This document shows positions 1 to 13,298 of a stretch of DNA of 64,000 nucleotides, in pieces (position 1 is the first letter of the stretch; each line of letters starts with the position of its first letter). Origin of the DNA: Thecamonas trahens ATCC 50062 (lineage: Eukaryota; Protista; Apusomonadida); assembly GCF_000142905.1 (NCBI RefSeq), contig NW_013657677.1:186001-250000 (forward strand). The letters run 5' to 3'. The notes under the pieces were generated by a model that was not told the DNA's origin, ran no database searches, and saw nothing but the letters and a program-made list of their open reading frames with translations. A program made the translations under genes and the position numbers.

Positions 1-161
1 CCTTTTCTTCCCCCCTCCCCCTCCCCGCTCCATCTTTTCCCGCCTCTTTCGCGCCATTTTGTTGATCAGGCACGCAGCCACCTCTCACAACCTTTTGCTC
101 TTCCTACCCCCTACACTCGACGCTCACCGCCGCCCACCGTCACTTCCAGGCCAGACAGACC

Positions 162-3100
162 ATGTCTGTTCGCCACATTACGCCGACGCTGCTGGAAAAG
201 GCGGCAGGCGTGCCACAGAGCAGATTCAAGACGGTGACCAGCCTCAGCCTCCGCGGAGCCTCGCCGCTCTCGCCAAGCCACCCCAACCGCGCAGCCTCGC
301 GCCGGCCGTCCATCCGCTACATCGAGAACCTGGAGCCGTTTGTCGCCCTCACCTCGCTTGACCTCTCGCACAATGCCATCGCCAAGCTGAGCGGGCTCAC
401 CCATCTGCGCTCGCTCACCACCCTCAATCTCGCCGACAACAAGCTCACCTCGCTGTCCGCACTCACGTCGCCGGCGCCGGCCAAGGGCGCCACCACCCTC
501 CGGCCGCGGGTCTTTTCCGGCGCTGACCTCGCTCAACGCGTCCGGCAACTACATCAAGCGCATCCCGCCATCGATCTCGGCCTTGCCCGCGCTTCAGGTC
601 CTTCGCCTCGCCCGCAACGACATCGGCTTCCTCCGCGATGTCGAACACATGGCTGGCAATCTCAACCTGGTCAACCTCACCCTCCACTCAAACCCTGTTG
701 CCGACCTCCCGCACGCTCGCGCCTTTGTCGTCTTTACCCTTCCCGCCCTCGAGGTCCTTGACGGTGACGCCATCGAGCCGGGCGAGCGAGCTGCCGCCGC
801 CACGCGCTTCTCCAAGACTGAGCTCCAAGTTTTCCAGGACGCGCTGGACTCTCAGGCGTCGGTCAACCACGAGCTGGAAGACGAGAATGCTCGTTTGCAC
901 GACTCGCTCGAGTCGCTCAAGGCTCGTGCTGCCGAGCTGGAGGCTGCCGTCAACGACTCTCGTTCCGAGGCGCAGTCAGCGGCTGCCGCCGCCGCTGAGA
1001 AGGCTGCCCTCCTCGCCCAGACCACTTCGGAGCTGAACAAGACTTCCGAGCTGCTGTACGAGGTTGAGCAAGAGCTGGCTTTTTACAAGATTGACTCGTC
1101 GTTTTCATCACGTCTTCCCTCCCACCATCCGCCCACCAACGTCTCTGCCATCGCCAGCAAGCCCGGCGGCTCGACTGATGGCTCGGATGGTTCTGGCCCC
1201 GACGCCGACTCGCTCAACATCTCTGCTCTCAACCTTTCCCTTGAGCTGCTCAACCTCCACGACTCGCTGCGGAATCTGGCGGCTTCGTCTGAGCTGCTGG
1301 AAGAGCGCCTTCTCGCGGCCAACACCCAAAAGGCATCCGCTGAAGGCCTTGCCCAGCTCCACTCACAGAGTGCGGCTGCTGCCAGCGAAAAGGTCTCTGC
1401 TCTTCGACGCGAGCTCGCCGAGCTTGACTACCGCTCGTCTGAGATGGATCTTGCTGGCTCGCCGCATCCGCACTCGGGACGCTCCGAGCTTGAGGCTGCC
1501 ATCGCCCACCTCTCTGCCGAGCTCTCAGCTGAGCTGGCCACCGGCGACAAGCTCCAGGCACGCTCAACCCAGCTCAAGGCTGACATTGCCTCACATCGGG
1601 ACTTGCTCCATCTTCGCGGTGAGTCGCCGAGCTCGTCCTCGCCCGAGTCGCAGATCCTTGCCAAACGGCTCGCCGACGCTGAAGCAGCTTACGTCGCCAC
1701 TATTGACGCACTCGAGCTCTGTGTCGCTCGCTCGCGCGAGCTTGAGGATGAGCTTGCCGCTGCAAAGACTGCTCTGACTGCTGATGGCCTGCCTGGACCC
1801 GAGCCGGCCTCCAAGGCGCGCGCCGCCATATTGTCATCGCTTGCCGCTCGTCGCAACGCATTGTGCGCCGCTCTAGATGCTGCTCTTGAAACCAGAGCCA
1901 CGCCGCCGCGTCAGCGACTGTGCACGAGCAAGCACTGGCTCGGCTTCAGCGCGAGACGCTCGAGTACAAAGCCACGCTCGAGGCTCTTGCTGCCGATCGC
2001 ACCCGCCTCGCCGATGCCATCGCTCACAAGGAGCAGTCGCTTCGTGAGCTCCAGAGCGCAGGCTTTGGCGCCACTCAGCCCGAGGCTCAGCCTCAAACGT
2101 TGGATGACGGTGCCGTGGCTGATGATCCGTCACTCCACTCCCAGCTCGAAGCAGCACTTACCGAGATGGGTGCGCTGCAGGCCCGCAACGACCGCCTCCG
2201 CGCTGAGCTGGAGGCAGCCGAGGCCAAGGCTGACATGTTTGCACGCCCGTCACCGCCGGCGGTTCCTGTGGTCCCTGACGAACAAGTTCAGGCACTTCGC
2301 GATCGTGCTGCTTCGCTAGAGGCTGAGCGCAACAGCATCGAGGCCAAGGCTGCCGCACTCGCCGTCGAAGCATCCCAGGCCCACGACCAAATTGAGATTC
2401 TCCAGGACGAGCTGGCAGCAGCCCGTGCTGAAGCACTTGGCTCGGCGCAGACTGCCGAGTCTGCGGCTTCTCGACTGGCTGTGGCTGAGGCTCGCGCAGC
2501 TGCTGCCGAGGTGTCATCGGTCTCGCGTGACGTCGGCCGTCTTGCTGAGCTTGAGCAACAAGTTACGTCGCTCGAAGCTATGCTTGCGGCCAAGGAGGCC
2601 CGTCTGGCTGCAGAGGACGCGTTGCACGATTCGGACGCACCACACGTGGAGGATCTCACTGCGCTACGGAGCCGCCTGGACGAGCAAGCCAAGCTCATTG
2701 CGTCGTACGAGAAGCAGCTCGGCGAGCCAGCCCCGCACTCGATGGCCGCTTCGCTCCGAGCTTCTGCCAAGCCGGGCGAGTTGTCGTCGATGGTCTCGGA
2801 AGGCCTTGACGCCATGATGGGTACGCTTGACAAGCTGGCCAACACCCAGCTCAAGCTCGAGCAGACTCAGGAACAGCTCCGCTCTGCCAATGCCTCCAAC
2901 GCTGAGCTCCGTGCTGCACTGGCACGCGCGGAGCATGTGAAGGGCGAGGATCCTACCCGTGTAGCCGAGCTCGAGGAGCTGGTTGCTTCGACCGCTTCCG
3001 AGCATGCTGCCGAGATGGCGGCCAAGGCCGAGGCTGCTGCCGCACTTCGTGCGCAGCTGGCCGCAGCCCGTGAGCAAGCGGCAGGGGCAGCAGCGTCGGC

Positions 3101-6100
3101 GGCCTCGCTGCGGGCCCAGCTTGATGCTGCCCAGGCGGCACTGACCAAGGAGCGACAGTCGGCGTCGCAGCTCGCCGACTCGCTGCACGCCGAGCAAGCC
3201 GCAGCTCTCCTTGCCGCCGCCAAGGAGCGTCGGCTTTCTGACCTTGCTGAGCTTCTCAACGAGCACTTTGGTGCAGCCCTCAACGTCTCGCTTGACTCTA
3301 CTGGCGGACCCGATGCATCGGCCGAGCTCTCACAGCTGAAAGAGTTGCTCGACACGCTTTCAACCGATGTGCACCACACTACTCCGCCGCGGACGTTGTC
3401 ACAGTCACTGGCGTCAACAACCCAGTTGCCGCCAAGCTCACCGTCACGGGCCGGTCTTCATCCTGACCTCTCGCAGCAGCTGGAGGATCTTGATCGGACC
3501 CATGACGAACGTCGTGCTGCGCTTGCTGCTCGTGATGCGGCCGAGGCGCAGTTGACCGAGAGCCGCGCCGAGCTCGCCGCAGTATGTGCCGAGCTCGAAA
3601 CGCATGCGGCGAGTCTTGCCGCTACTCGCGCCGAAAAGGCCGAGGTCGAGCACCGATTGGGCGAGCTGCACAGCTTGGTGGCCGAGGCTGAAGGCAGGCT
3701 GACCAAGGCCGAGGCTGCAGCTCGGCTGGCTCGGCTGCGTGGTCCGGCGTCAGAGCGCGAGTCGAGCGCCGCGAGCGCGCGCTTTTGGAAGAGATACAGA
3801 GCCAGGTGGCTGCCGCAGCAGCAGAGAAGAAGAAGCTCGACGAGACGGTCCGGTTGCTCCGGCAAGAGGCCGGGGCTCGTGCGACTGCCTCCGCTGAAGC
3901 CGAGGCCGCGCTTGCCATGCTCCGCAACCAGGTTCGCGAGCTTGAGACTCAGGCTGTGGAGGCCAGGACAAGCTTGAGCCAGTACTCGGACGAGCAGCGA
4001 AAGATGGCGCTTGCGCTTGATGCCGAGGCCCGAGCTCAGCATGTGGCCGAGCTGGAGGCCCAGCGCGAGTCGCTCATGGCAGAGCTCAAGGCACTGACCA
4101 AGGCCAAAGTCGCCGCCCAGGCCGAGGCCGCCGATGCAGCTACTACGGCGGCCCAAGTCACCGCCCAAGCCGCGGCTGTCGAGGCCGCCGAGTCAGAGCT
4201 GGCCTCGCTGGAAGCTGCCAAGGCTGCTGCCGCCAGTGAGCTCGCTGCGCTGCGAGCCGAGCTTGCGAGCGACGTAGACGCGGCCCGCGCTGCTGCTGTT
4301 GCCTTCATCGACTCGGAAATGGCCCATCTGCGCGCGTCCAAGGACGCCATCGAAGAGGCGCTCAACGGGGTCGCTGGATGGAAGGAGTTTGTTGATGCGA
4401 GCGTCTCAGTGATTAGCAACTCAGGCGGCGAGCTAGACAAGAACTGCCCCATGCTGGAGCAGGTGTCTGTCTTTGCCAAGCCGCACGCAGAGGTGCTGCT
4501 TGCGCTTGAGCGTTCTGCTGTTGACCGCCTCGGCGTGTCGCTCTCTGCCGACAACGTTGGCGGGCTTGCTGTTGTCGAGACGTGCTGGCTCTCGAGCCTG
4601 CAGGCAGAGCTTGCTGAGAACAAGGCTGCGTTGTCGGCACAAGAAGACGCCATGTTTGTGGGCCTCAAGGCTCAGAATGTGTACCTGGAAGAGGAGGTGG
4701 CCAAGGCTCGCGAGGAGATGGAGAGCCTGCAGAGCGAGCTGGCCGAGGGCCGGGACCGGGAGGCGCAGCTGGCCGCCGATCTTGAGGCAGCGCGGACCAA
4801 CGCCGCCGACCAGACCCAGGCCGAAGCCTCGCTAGAGGATCTGGTGCGGTCATTGCATGCCGAGCTCGAGACCAAGAACATGCAGATTTTCAAGCTCGAG
4901 GACGCGTTGTCGAACGCATCCGAGGCTGGAAGCAAGGCTGCGGCTTCGGCTGCGGCGGCGTCACCGTACCTAGAGTGCGAGCTTGCACCGTCGACGCTTG
5001 CGGCCATGAGCGCGTTTTTCAAGTACCACACGGCGCGAGTGGCTCAGCTGCAGCAGGGAGTGGTGGAGGCGCATGGACGGACCAAGGAGGCTGTGCACCA
5101 GCTCAAGTCTGCTTTTGCTGCCAGGGAGGCGCGGTTGGTGGCCAAGATCAACGACGCCAACGAGGGAGCGGCGGCAGCCAAGGCCGACCACGCGTTGGTC
5201 ATCCAGATGCTGCGGCGGCAGGTCGCCGAGCTGCAGGCTGGCTCCGGCGCGTCTCCTGCGCTAGCCGCCGAAGTTTCGGCTGCTGTAGACAAGCTGGGCA
5301 CGCTCGCCAGAGTCCTGCGCGATGAGCGTCGCAATCTGGGCGAGGTCAATGCGCTTGCCAAGCTTGTCACCGAGAAGGACGCTCAAATCGGGTTCCTTGT
5401 CGCCGACTTGCACGCCACCAAGCAGGAGCTGACCATTGCGCGCAAGTCGTCCGAGTCAGACGCCTTGCTCCTGCATGATCTCTTTGAGCAGCTGCAGCGG
5501 CTTCAGGAAGAGAACTTCCGCTACACAGCCGCCCGCGTTCGCCCGGCAGAACGAGGCATCAACCCGCCACCGTCCGAGCCTGCGCTGCCTGCAGCCCAGT
5601 CTGCGCCGCCTGCGCCTGCGCTCTCGGAGCCGTGGCCGTCTGAGCCGAGCGACGTCGTCCTTCCGCCTTGGCCACAGGGCGGCAATGCCGACAATAAGGC
5701 CGGAGGCGCGGTCAAGACCGCTGGCGCTGTCGCTGCAGAGGCCGAGATTGGGGCCGAGGACAGCCCAACGCTCTCGTCAAGCAGCAGCGACGAGCCGAAC
5801 GCATCCGGCGTGATGGACTCGCTCGGGTGGGTCCAGCTTGAGCCCGAGCCCAAGCCCAAGGCGGAATCTGTGCCAGCTCACTCGCTTGCGAGTGAGGAAT
5901 CTTCTGAAGTGTTTGAGCTGGAGCATGGGCCTGCAGGGGCCGACTTTGAGGCGCGGGCGGCGACACCGGCCAAACTCACGCCGCAGCAAGTGGCGTACCT
6001 CGCCGATCTGCGTGATCAAGTCCTTGAGCTTGAAGCGCGTCACCGGGCTCTGTCCGAGCAAGAGCACTCGCTGGAGGCGACGGAGGACTCGGTCTCGCTC

Positions 6101-6478
6101 CGAGACTCGACCCAAAGCCGAGCAGCGTCGACCTCGTCGCTCCTTCCGGTCTTCCATGCCAACGAGTCGTTTGACTCGCGCGCGCACAAGCTCCAGCAAA
6201 AGCTGGCGTACCTCGAGATCATGACCCAGCTCAAGGCCGAGAAGCTCCGTGGCTCGGGCGCGGGGGCACTCACCGCGACCTACCTCGATGCCAGCGACAG
6301 CAATCCAGCCTCGTCAACCTTCCAAGATGTGTATTCCGTCGGCGACACGCTGGGCGGCGACACGTTTGGCGACAACACGTTTGGCGGCAACACGTTTGGC
6401 GGCAACACGTTTGGCGGCGACGACTCGCTGGTCACCGGTTCGCTCGATACCATGGGCGATACAACCATCAACCATTGA
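162..6478 (+). CDS. CNTRL: Centriolin/CEP110-like LRR + long coiled-coil centriolar protein (~2100 aa), split by 3 apparent frameshifts (~513, ~1890, ~3720-3785)
   Basis: N-terminal VRHITPTLLEK...IRYIENLE, SDS22-type LRRs, LRRCT NPVADLPHARAFVVFTLPALEVLDG and YEVEQELAFYKID match centriolin as remembered. ORFs 162, 583, 1920 and 3785 join into one protein with single-base corrections. Confidence 0.8.
6343..6420 (+). repeat. 15-nt coding tandem repeat (GGNTF/GDTF units) at the centriolin C-terminus
   Basis: ggcggcaacacgttt-like unit repeated about 5 times. Confidence 0.85.
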
Positions 6479-6768
6479 AACCAAAAGAACTCGATCTGTA
6501 TCTACCTCTTCATCCGCCACATTCACGCGATGGCGCAACAGCCTGGGCCAGCCGCAAAATGTCGCGGGTTTTGGAATGAAGCCAAGTGCTGCGGCGCCGC
6601 CTTGAGTCACGCGCTCGGCAGCCGTGGCAATCGTGGCCATGACTCGCCGCCCTCTCTCCCCCGCCCCCCATATGTCCTCAGCACCACCACACTCCTCCTC
6701 CTCCCCTTCCACCTCTTCCCACCTCTACTCGCCCTCTCTCCACCCTACCTCCCACCACAGACCCGACC

Positions 6769-7928
6769 ATGTCGTACTACTCCATGCTTGGCCTCTCCAC
6801 CTTTAACATTGAGAACGGGTTCCTGGAGGCTCTTGCCCGCTCCTTCCGCGACGCCCTCCTCACCCGGGCAGACTACCAGAACCTCATGCAGTGCGAGCGG
6901 CTGGACGGTACGTACTCCCCTTCAAGCCGTCCCCCTCCCCCTCCCCTCCCTTCCCCCCTCTCTCCCTCACTCCTCCCTCACACACTCCATGCGGACTGCC
7001 AGACCTCAAGCTCCACCTCTCGTCGACCGACTACGGCAACTTTCTGGCCGACGTGCCTGGGGCGCTCAAGACGTCTATGCTGGAAAAGCGGGCGTGGGAC
7101 AAGCTTGTGGGCGAGTTTGAGCACATGCGCCTGCAGGCTGTGCAGCCGCTGGCGCAGTTCATGGAGTACATCCGGTACCAGTACATGATCGACAACGTGG
7201 TCTTTCTCATCACCGGCACGCTCCACGGCAAGGACGCTGAGACGCTGCTCTCCAAGTGCCACCCGCTGGGCAAGTTTGACTCGATGGCGACGCTGACTGT
7301 GGCTACTACCGCCGCCGAGCTGTACGACTACGTGCTTGTGGAGACACCGCTGGCCGGCTACTTTGTCAACGCCTCGCTGCAGGAGGGCGACCTCGACGAG
7401 ATGAACATCGAGATCATTCGGTCGACGCTGTACAAGGCGTACCTGGAGGACTTTTACAAGTTTGTGTGCTCGCTCGGCGGCGTGACGGCGTCGGTGATGA
7501 AGGAGATTCTCGAGTTTGAAGCCGACCGGCGGTCGATCAACATCACCATTAACTCGTTTGGCACCGAGCTCTCGGTCGATGACAAGAAGAAGCTGTACCC
7601 CTCGTTCGGTCAGCTCTACCCTGAGGGCATCGACAAGCTGCTGAAGGCTGAGGATCTGGACATGGTCCGGGCTGCTGTCGACTTTTACACTCCGCTCGAC
7701 CAGTTCTTCGACGACGTTGACGGCATTGGCGGCGACTCGCTCGAGGACAAGTTTATTGCCCACGAGGTCCACCTGCACAAGGAGTCGTTCAACCAGCAGT
7801 ACCATCTCGGCGTCTTCTACTCGTTCCTCAAGCTCAAGGAGCAGGAAATCCGCAACCTGCTGTGGATCGCCGAGTGCATTGCGCAGAACCAGCGTGACCA
7901 GATGACCAAGTTTGTGCCGATGTGGTAA
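6769..7928 (+). CDS. ATP6V0D1: V-type ATPase V0 subunit d; exons 6769-6907 and 7003-7928
   Basis: FNIENGFLEAL...QCERLD|DLKLHLSSTDYG...EFEADRRSINITINSF...KEQEIRNLLWIAECIAQ. Intron 6908-7002 (GTACGT...CAG) joins the frames. Confidence 0.96.
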
Positions 7929-8017
7929 ACCAACATCTCTGCCGGGTGCGTTACATGTATGTAGTGTGCGTGTTGGGTTGTGACGGAGAGTGTGTGGGGT
8001 GCTTTTCTGATCCAGAC

Positions 8018-11000
8018 TCAAGACTGCAGGGCCTTGGCGACGTTGGCCTGGACCTCATTGTCGAGCGACTGGACAATGGCATCAAAGTCGGCCGAGGCAA
8101 GCGACGAGTGGACCTGGCGCAGGATGTTGACGACGCGCGGGGTGAGCTCGTCGGAGCAAAACTGTGTGTTGAGGATTGAGGCAAGGACTGAGACGAGCTT
8201 GGGCAGGTTCGCACCGTTCTCGCCGAGGGCCCCGGCATGGTTCTGCTCGATTAGTGAGCAGACGAGGTCATAGACAAACTGGCCCTCGACGACGTCGTGC
8301 ATGATGGGCAGCTGCTCGATAAAGTAGGGAACAAGGGCCGAGGTATCGGTATTGTTCGACTGGTGGGCGATGATCTTGGCGAGGATGGCGATGGCGTTGT
8401 CGGTGGCGTAGGCGTGGTCGCCCTCACGAGCGTGGGGTAAGAGCAGTTTTCGCGGACGATGTTGAGGGTGATGTCCATGAGGTCGGCAAAGTCGTCGCCA
8501 AACTTGGCGGCGGCGGCGCCGAGGCCGTAGAGGGCGGCCTGGCGGACTTCGGGGTGCGGGTCAGTGGCGTAACGGATGACGTTGCCCATGATGTCGCCCA
8601 TGTACTGCTGGGCGGCCGGCCAAGCAAACTCGATGACGTCGTCCATGGCGCAGAGCGCCCACTGGCGCTCGGTGTGCGAGCGGTCGGGGTCGAGGAGTTC
8701 CATGAAGAGCGGCAGGAGGGCCTCGACGTAGATGGGGAGGAACGAGGCACCGTGAGTGCGGAACGTAGTCGAGGCGATCTGGACCACGAGCCGGAAGACG
8801 AGCTCGTCCAAGGCGGCGCGCTGCTCGAGGCTCGTCTCCATCTCCTCGTCATAGTCGATGTCGTTGCGAGCGTCGTTGCGGATGCCGCGGCGCTTCTCGA
8901 GGTCGTCCATGAGAATGGCGAGGAGGGTGGCGATGTTGTTCATCATCTTCTCGTCGAGGCAGTTGTCGCCGAGAGCAAAGATCGAGTTGGAGAGTGCCTC
9001 CAAGAAGGTGCAGAGAACCTCCAGGTCGGGCTCCGCATGGATGGTCTGCAGCAGGTGGGTGATGATGTACTCGAAGAGGCCGGTGAGGTACTCGACGCCA
9101 TCGGACGAGTTGGTCCGCTTGAAGTAGTCGGCGGTGGCCATGAGGAGGAAGGGACAGGCGTCGGCGGCAGCCGTCCGCACATCGTCGAAAAAGTAAAAGG
9201 TGAGGAGCGGGACCATGAGCTTGGCAATCTGGTCGACGTACTCCCAGATGGCGCCCTGCAGGTCGCGGACGAGGCAGGTGAGCATGCGGCAGGCGACGGC
9301 CTTGTCCTCGAGTGTCGACGTCCGGAGCTGGACACGAGTCGAGCCGAGGACAACGGTCTGCCAGCCAACCTGGACGTCGGCGAGCTCGTCAGCGTCCGAG
9401 AGGGTGTACTCGGGCTTGATGGCGGCGGTCTCGAGGAGCGGAGGCATGATGGTAGCGAGGTAGGGCACAAAGTCCTCACCAAGCGTCTGCGCAATGCGCG
9501 ACCAGGCCTCGAGGAAGTACGAGGTCTGCGGGTCGTCCGGCGGCAGGTCCTGGGCCTGGATCTTGATCATGAGGTCCATGACCTCGATGGCGTCGTTGAG
9601 GAAGAGCTCCTTGCCCACAGCGAGGCCAATCATGGAGATGGCCTCCATGGCCTTGCCGCGCATGGCGCGGAAGTCTTCACCGTTGGCCTGGTACAGGATC
9701 TGCTTGAGGAGCGGGACGAAGACTTCGTAGTACGTGACAAACGCGCCCTTGGAGCGCTCGGCAATGGCAGCCACGCACGTGAGCGCCTGCTCCTGCACGC
9801 GAGTCTGCCCGTTGTCCAGCATGCCCATGAGCGCGGCAAAGATCTCGTCGAGGTACCCGGTGAGGAGCTCCGGGTGGAGGCCCTGGGCCAGGTTGACAAG
9901 CGCGGCGCATCCATACGCCCGCGTTCGCGGGTTCGCCACGTCGCCCATGACCGTCACGAGCGGGCTGACAAGCTGCTCGTGGAAGGTGTTCTGGAAGGCC
10001 GGCGTAAAGTCGATGCACAGCTGGCCAAAGAGCTGGCAGGCCGCGTAGCGGACGCGCGCGTTCTCCTCGAGCAGGTACGGGAGGCACGAGTTGACAATGT
10101 CGGCCAGCGAGCCGGTCATCTCCTCGCGGCAACCCTCGGCGACGGCGGCGAGCGCGATGAGCGCGGCGCGGCGGTACGTCCACTCGTTGTGCTTGAGCAT
10201 CTGCGGCACAAACTCGAGCACCACAGGCAGGACCGTGTTGCCGCCGAGGGCCACAGCAAGCCGGTCGAGCGCCTGCTCGCCAAAGTCCGAGATGCCGATC
10301 TCAAACTCGTCCTCATCCTCGTGCTCCTGCCAGCCGGGCGAGTCCTCGACCGCCACCATCATGGTGAGGCAGACCGGGAGCACGTTGTCCATAAACTTGT
10401 CAAACTTGCGCATCATGGCCGGCGCGCTCTCGCAGATCTTGGTCAAAAACTCGAGCGCAAGCTGGCGAGTCTGGTGCAGCAGCTTCTCGGTCGTCGCAAT
10501 CTGGAGCATGGCGTTGACCACGTGGTCGAGCGCAGGGCGGAGAGCCTTGGGCGTAAACTCGGAAATGTCGATGAAGAACTGGATGGCCTTCATGGCGTGG
10601 TCCTCCACGCCCGAGTTCAGCCCGTCCGAGACAATTTCAAGCATGGCCGGGAGCAGCGGCTCGTAGTACGTCATCGTCTCCGTCTCTGAATCGCGGAGCG
10701 AGCAGAGGAACTGCGTCGTGGCGTTGAGGCCCATGAGCCGGACCGCAAACGAGTTGGAGTCGGTGAGGCCTGTCGCAAACGTCTCACGCAGCGGCTCGGC
10801 AAACTGCCGAAGCGGCGAGTCGTGGACGGCGCACATCCGCGCAAACACAAAGAGCGTGTTGAGCCGGACGTCCGGGTTCGAGTGCGTCGCCATCGGGAAG
10901 AGGAACGGAAGCAGCTCTGGCCACTCCTGCTCCTGTTTCTGGTGGAGCGAGAAGCAGTCGGCAATGTTCTCGCAAATCGCACGCATCACCATCGGCACCT

Positions 11001-11298
11001 GCTCCTCCTGGAACGCACGCAGCAGCTGCGTCTGCACCGTCGTCATCACCTGCTCCGAAAGATGCGTCCACAGCAGCTGCTCCTCCGGCCGGTCAAACAG
11101 ATCCCGCCGCAACAGCACTGCGCACATCTGCCGCACCACAGGGTTGCTCGAGTCGGTCATCGTCGCCAGCGTGTACGACGCCCACGCGTCCGGATGCCCC
11201 TGCAGGCCGCGGTACGTGCTCTCAGCGTTCGTCCGCACCTCGGTCTCGTCAGACATCAGCTGGAGCACAAGCTGCTCAAATTGCTCGACGTCACTCAT
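8018..11298 (-). CDS. IPO5: Importin-5 / karyopherin beta-3 (Pse1/Kap121), with one apparent frameshift at ~8435
   Basis: HEAT-repeat importin with EQALDRLAVALGG, MRGKAMEAISMIGLAVGKE, DDPQTSY, LEDKAVAC. Adding one C at the GGGG run (8434-8437) restores YATDNAIAILAKI and joins ORF 8018..8302. Confidence 0.93.
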
Positions 11299-11895
11299 GC
11301 CGCACGTCTGTCCTCCACATTCCCCTCACATCTCGGTGAGCTCTTGGCCTTCTCTCCTGCACTCCTACCGCTCGCTAGCGCTTTCCACGTCCCCCCCCCC
11401 CCCCCCCGCCGGCCGTCTTGGAAGGATCGTCCGAAAATCAATCCAGCCCACAACCGTTTCACTCCCCCTTCCTCCCCTCGGAGCGGCCGACTCTGGACTC
11501 GCTTTCTTTCCAGAAGGGGTGTGTGTGGTGCTATATGGTGTGCCTGCTGTGGCACTGGTGGTTGGCATGGTGTCTGCTATCATGAGCCCCCTGGCTGTCT
11601 GGGCATGGGTGGTGGTGGGGTCAGCCAGGGGGGGTTGGTTGGTGTAGAATCGTACGAATGGGGTTCGGGGAGTTGGGTGGTCGTCCGTTGTTTGGCGTGC
11701 CTTGTTCGAGGCCAGGCGGCTGGCCGAGGCCGAGGCCCATGGTCATGACCTCAACGATTAGCTCGACGAGTTGGTGTTCAGCCAGTCTACGGGGTGGGAG
11801 TGGGGGTGGGGGGTGGGGGGATCTTTGCCTTTGAAATCGTGATGGGCTTGGCCGTCGGCATGGGGTGTGCCCATCGGGTGCGTGGTTGGATTGGA

Positions 11896-12837
11896 CTACT
11901 TCTTGGTGGCTTTAGCCGGCTTGCTAGCCTTGGCGGCGATGCGGGCGGCGCGGGCGGCATCCGCAGCCAGCTCGGTCTCAATGTCCAGAGGCTGGGTGCG
12001 GTACTTGGTTAGCGGCTTGGCGGAGGCTGCGGCGATGGCGGCGTCGACATCCGCGCGCGAGGCCGGGACGAGATCATAGTCGTGGGCAAGGCTGGCCTCG
12101 ACCGCATCAAAGAAGTCATCAGGCGAGGCGATCCAGCCGAGCCCAGTGCCATGTGGGCCCAGCGCTCGCACAAAGTCGGAGTGCGAGCGCGAGGCGCGAT
12201 ACTGCGGCCGCTTCTCGGGCAGGGTGAGATAACGCTCCAGGAGCGCTGGATCAAAGTCAAAGAGAAACGAGGTGTGGTGCACAAAGTAGTGGCGGGCAAG
12301 CGACTGCGCGTTGCCGGCAAACTTGGCCGGCGGTGGTGCGCCATCGCTGCTGCTCTCGGCGATGTAGTCGTTCTCGCGCAGCGCAAAGGCGTCCTGCCGA
12401 AGCGCTGGGCCGTACACCGCGTGATGAGACCACTCCATGAGGCTTTTGGGCGAGAGCGCCGACGCCGATGCCGCAAGCTGCGGCACAGCGCGAGCGTCGA
12501 GGATGAGCGAGGCGAGCATAGTGCCCTTCGCCACGTACACCGTTCCTCCGCCGGTGTATCGGCGGACGAGCTTGACGCCGTCGGCGGCCACAGCTTCAGT
12601 CCGCACATCCTTGGACACTCGCCCGGCCACGCCCAGCACCACCGTCGGCTCTGGACACCGCGACAAGACCAGCCAGCCGTCCGATGGTGGCGATGCGGCA
12701 TGCCCTGCCGTCCTCCCACCGCCCTCACCACGGATGACGCGACGGAAGAGCTCCTCCTCAGCCCTCAGCGCCTCGAGCATGGACCCACCGCGACCAAAGG
12801 CCTCACGCACCACACGAAGCACCGGCCTCAGTGCCAT
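11896..12837 (-). CDS. lplA: Lipoate-protein ligase A family (BPL/LPL catalytic domain, plant/chlamydial-type LplA)
   Basis: PTVVLG, VRRYTGGGTVY, RENDY, KFAGNAQ, HHTSFL and P..RPQYRASRSHSDF motifs. Confidence 0.88.
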   Translation of the reverse strand: MALRPVLRVVREAFGRGGSMLEALRAEEELFRRVIRGEGGGRTAGHAASPPSDGWLVLSRCPEPTVVLGVAGRVSKDVRTEAVAADGVKLVRRYTGGGTVYVAKGTMLASLILDARAVPQLAASASALSPKSLMEWSHHAVYGPALRQDAFALRENDYIAESSSDGAPPPAKFAGNAQSLARHYFVHHTSFLFDFDPALLERYLTLPEKRPQYRASRSHSDFVRALGPHGTGLGWIASPDDFFDAVEASLAHDYDLVPASRADVDAAIAAASAKPLTKYRTQPLDIETELAADAARAARIAAKASKPAKATKK

Positions 12838-13298
12838 AGAGCCTCGATTGGTAGAGTTAGTGAGATGGGGTGTATGCGTATATGCGTGGTGTGTGTGTGT
12901 TGTGGTTGACCTGCAGCTTGGGGGGGAGGGGGGACGGGCGGGGATCGAGCACCAAGCAAGGCGGGTTGGCATGGGGGGGGGATCAGGACCAGGGTGATGA
13001 TGGGCGGGGCGGGGAGAGGAGCTAGGGGTGGTGGTTTTGTAGTGGCCTGTAGGGGAGATGATCGGGAATATGATGTGACCTCCCAGGGTTGATGTTGGTT
13101 ATGGTCTGAGATATGATCAAAGTCTGGATGTAGGGCAGAGATCAGCAGCGGCTGGGCTCCAGCTTGTTCCTGGTGTGCTTGTCTGGCGCATGTGGCGGCG
13201 CAGCCGAGAGGGGGGGAGGGTACAGGAAGAGCGAGAGGAGGAGGTAGACTTGGCTAACTCGAAAAGGTTGCAGATAGAAGAGGTGGCAGAGTGTGGAT

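Noticed and set aside
8554-10689. 711-aa plus-strand ORF
   Set aside because: Antisense shadow of importin-5, produced by strong GC3 codon bias; no independent motifs.
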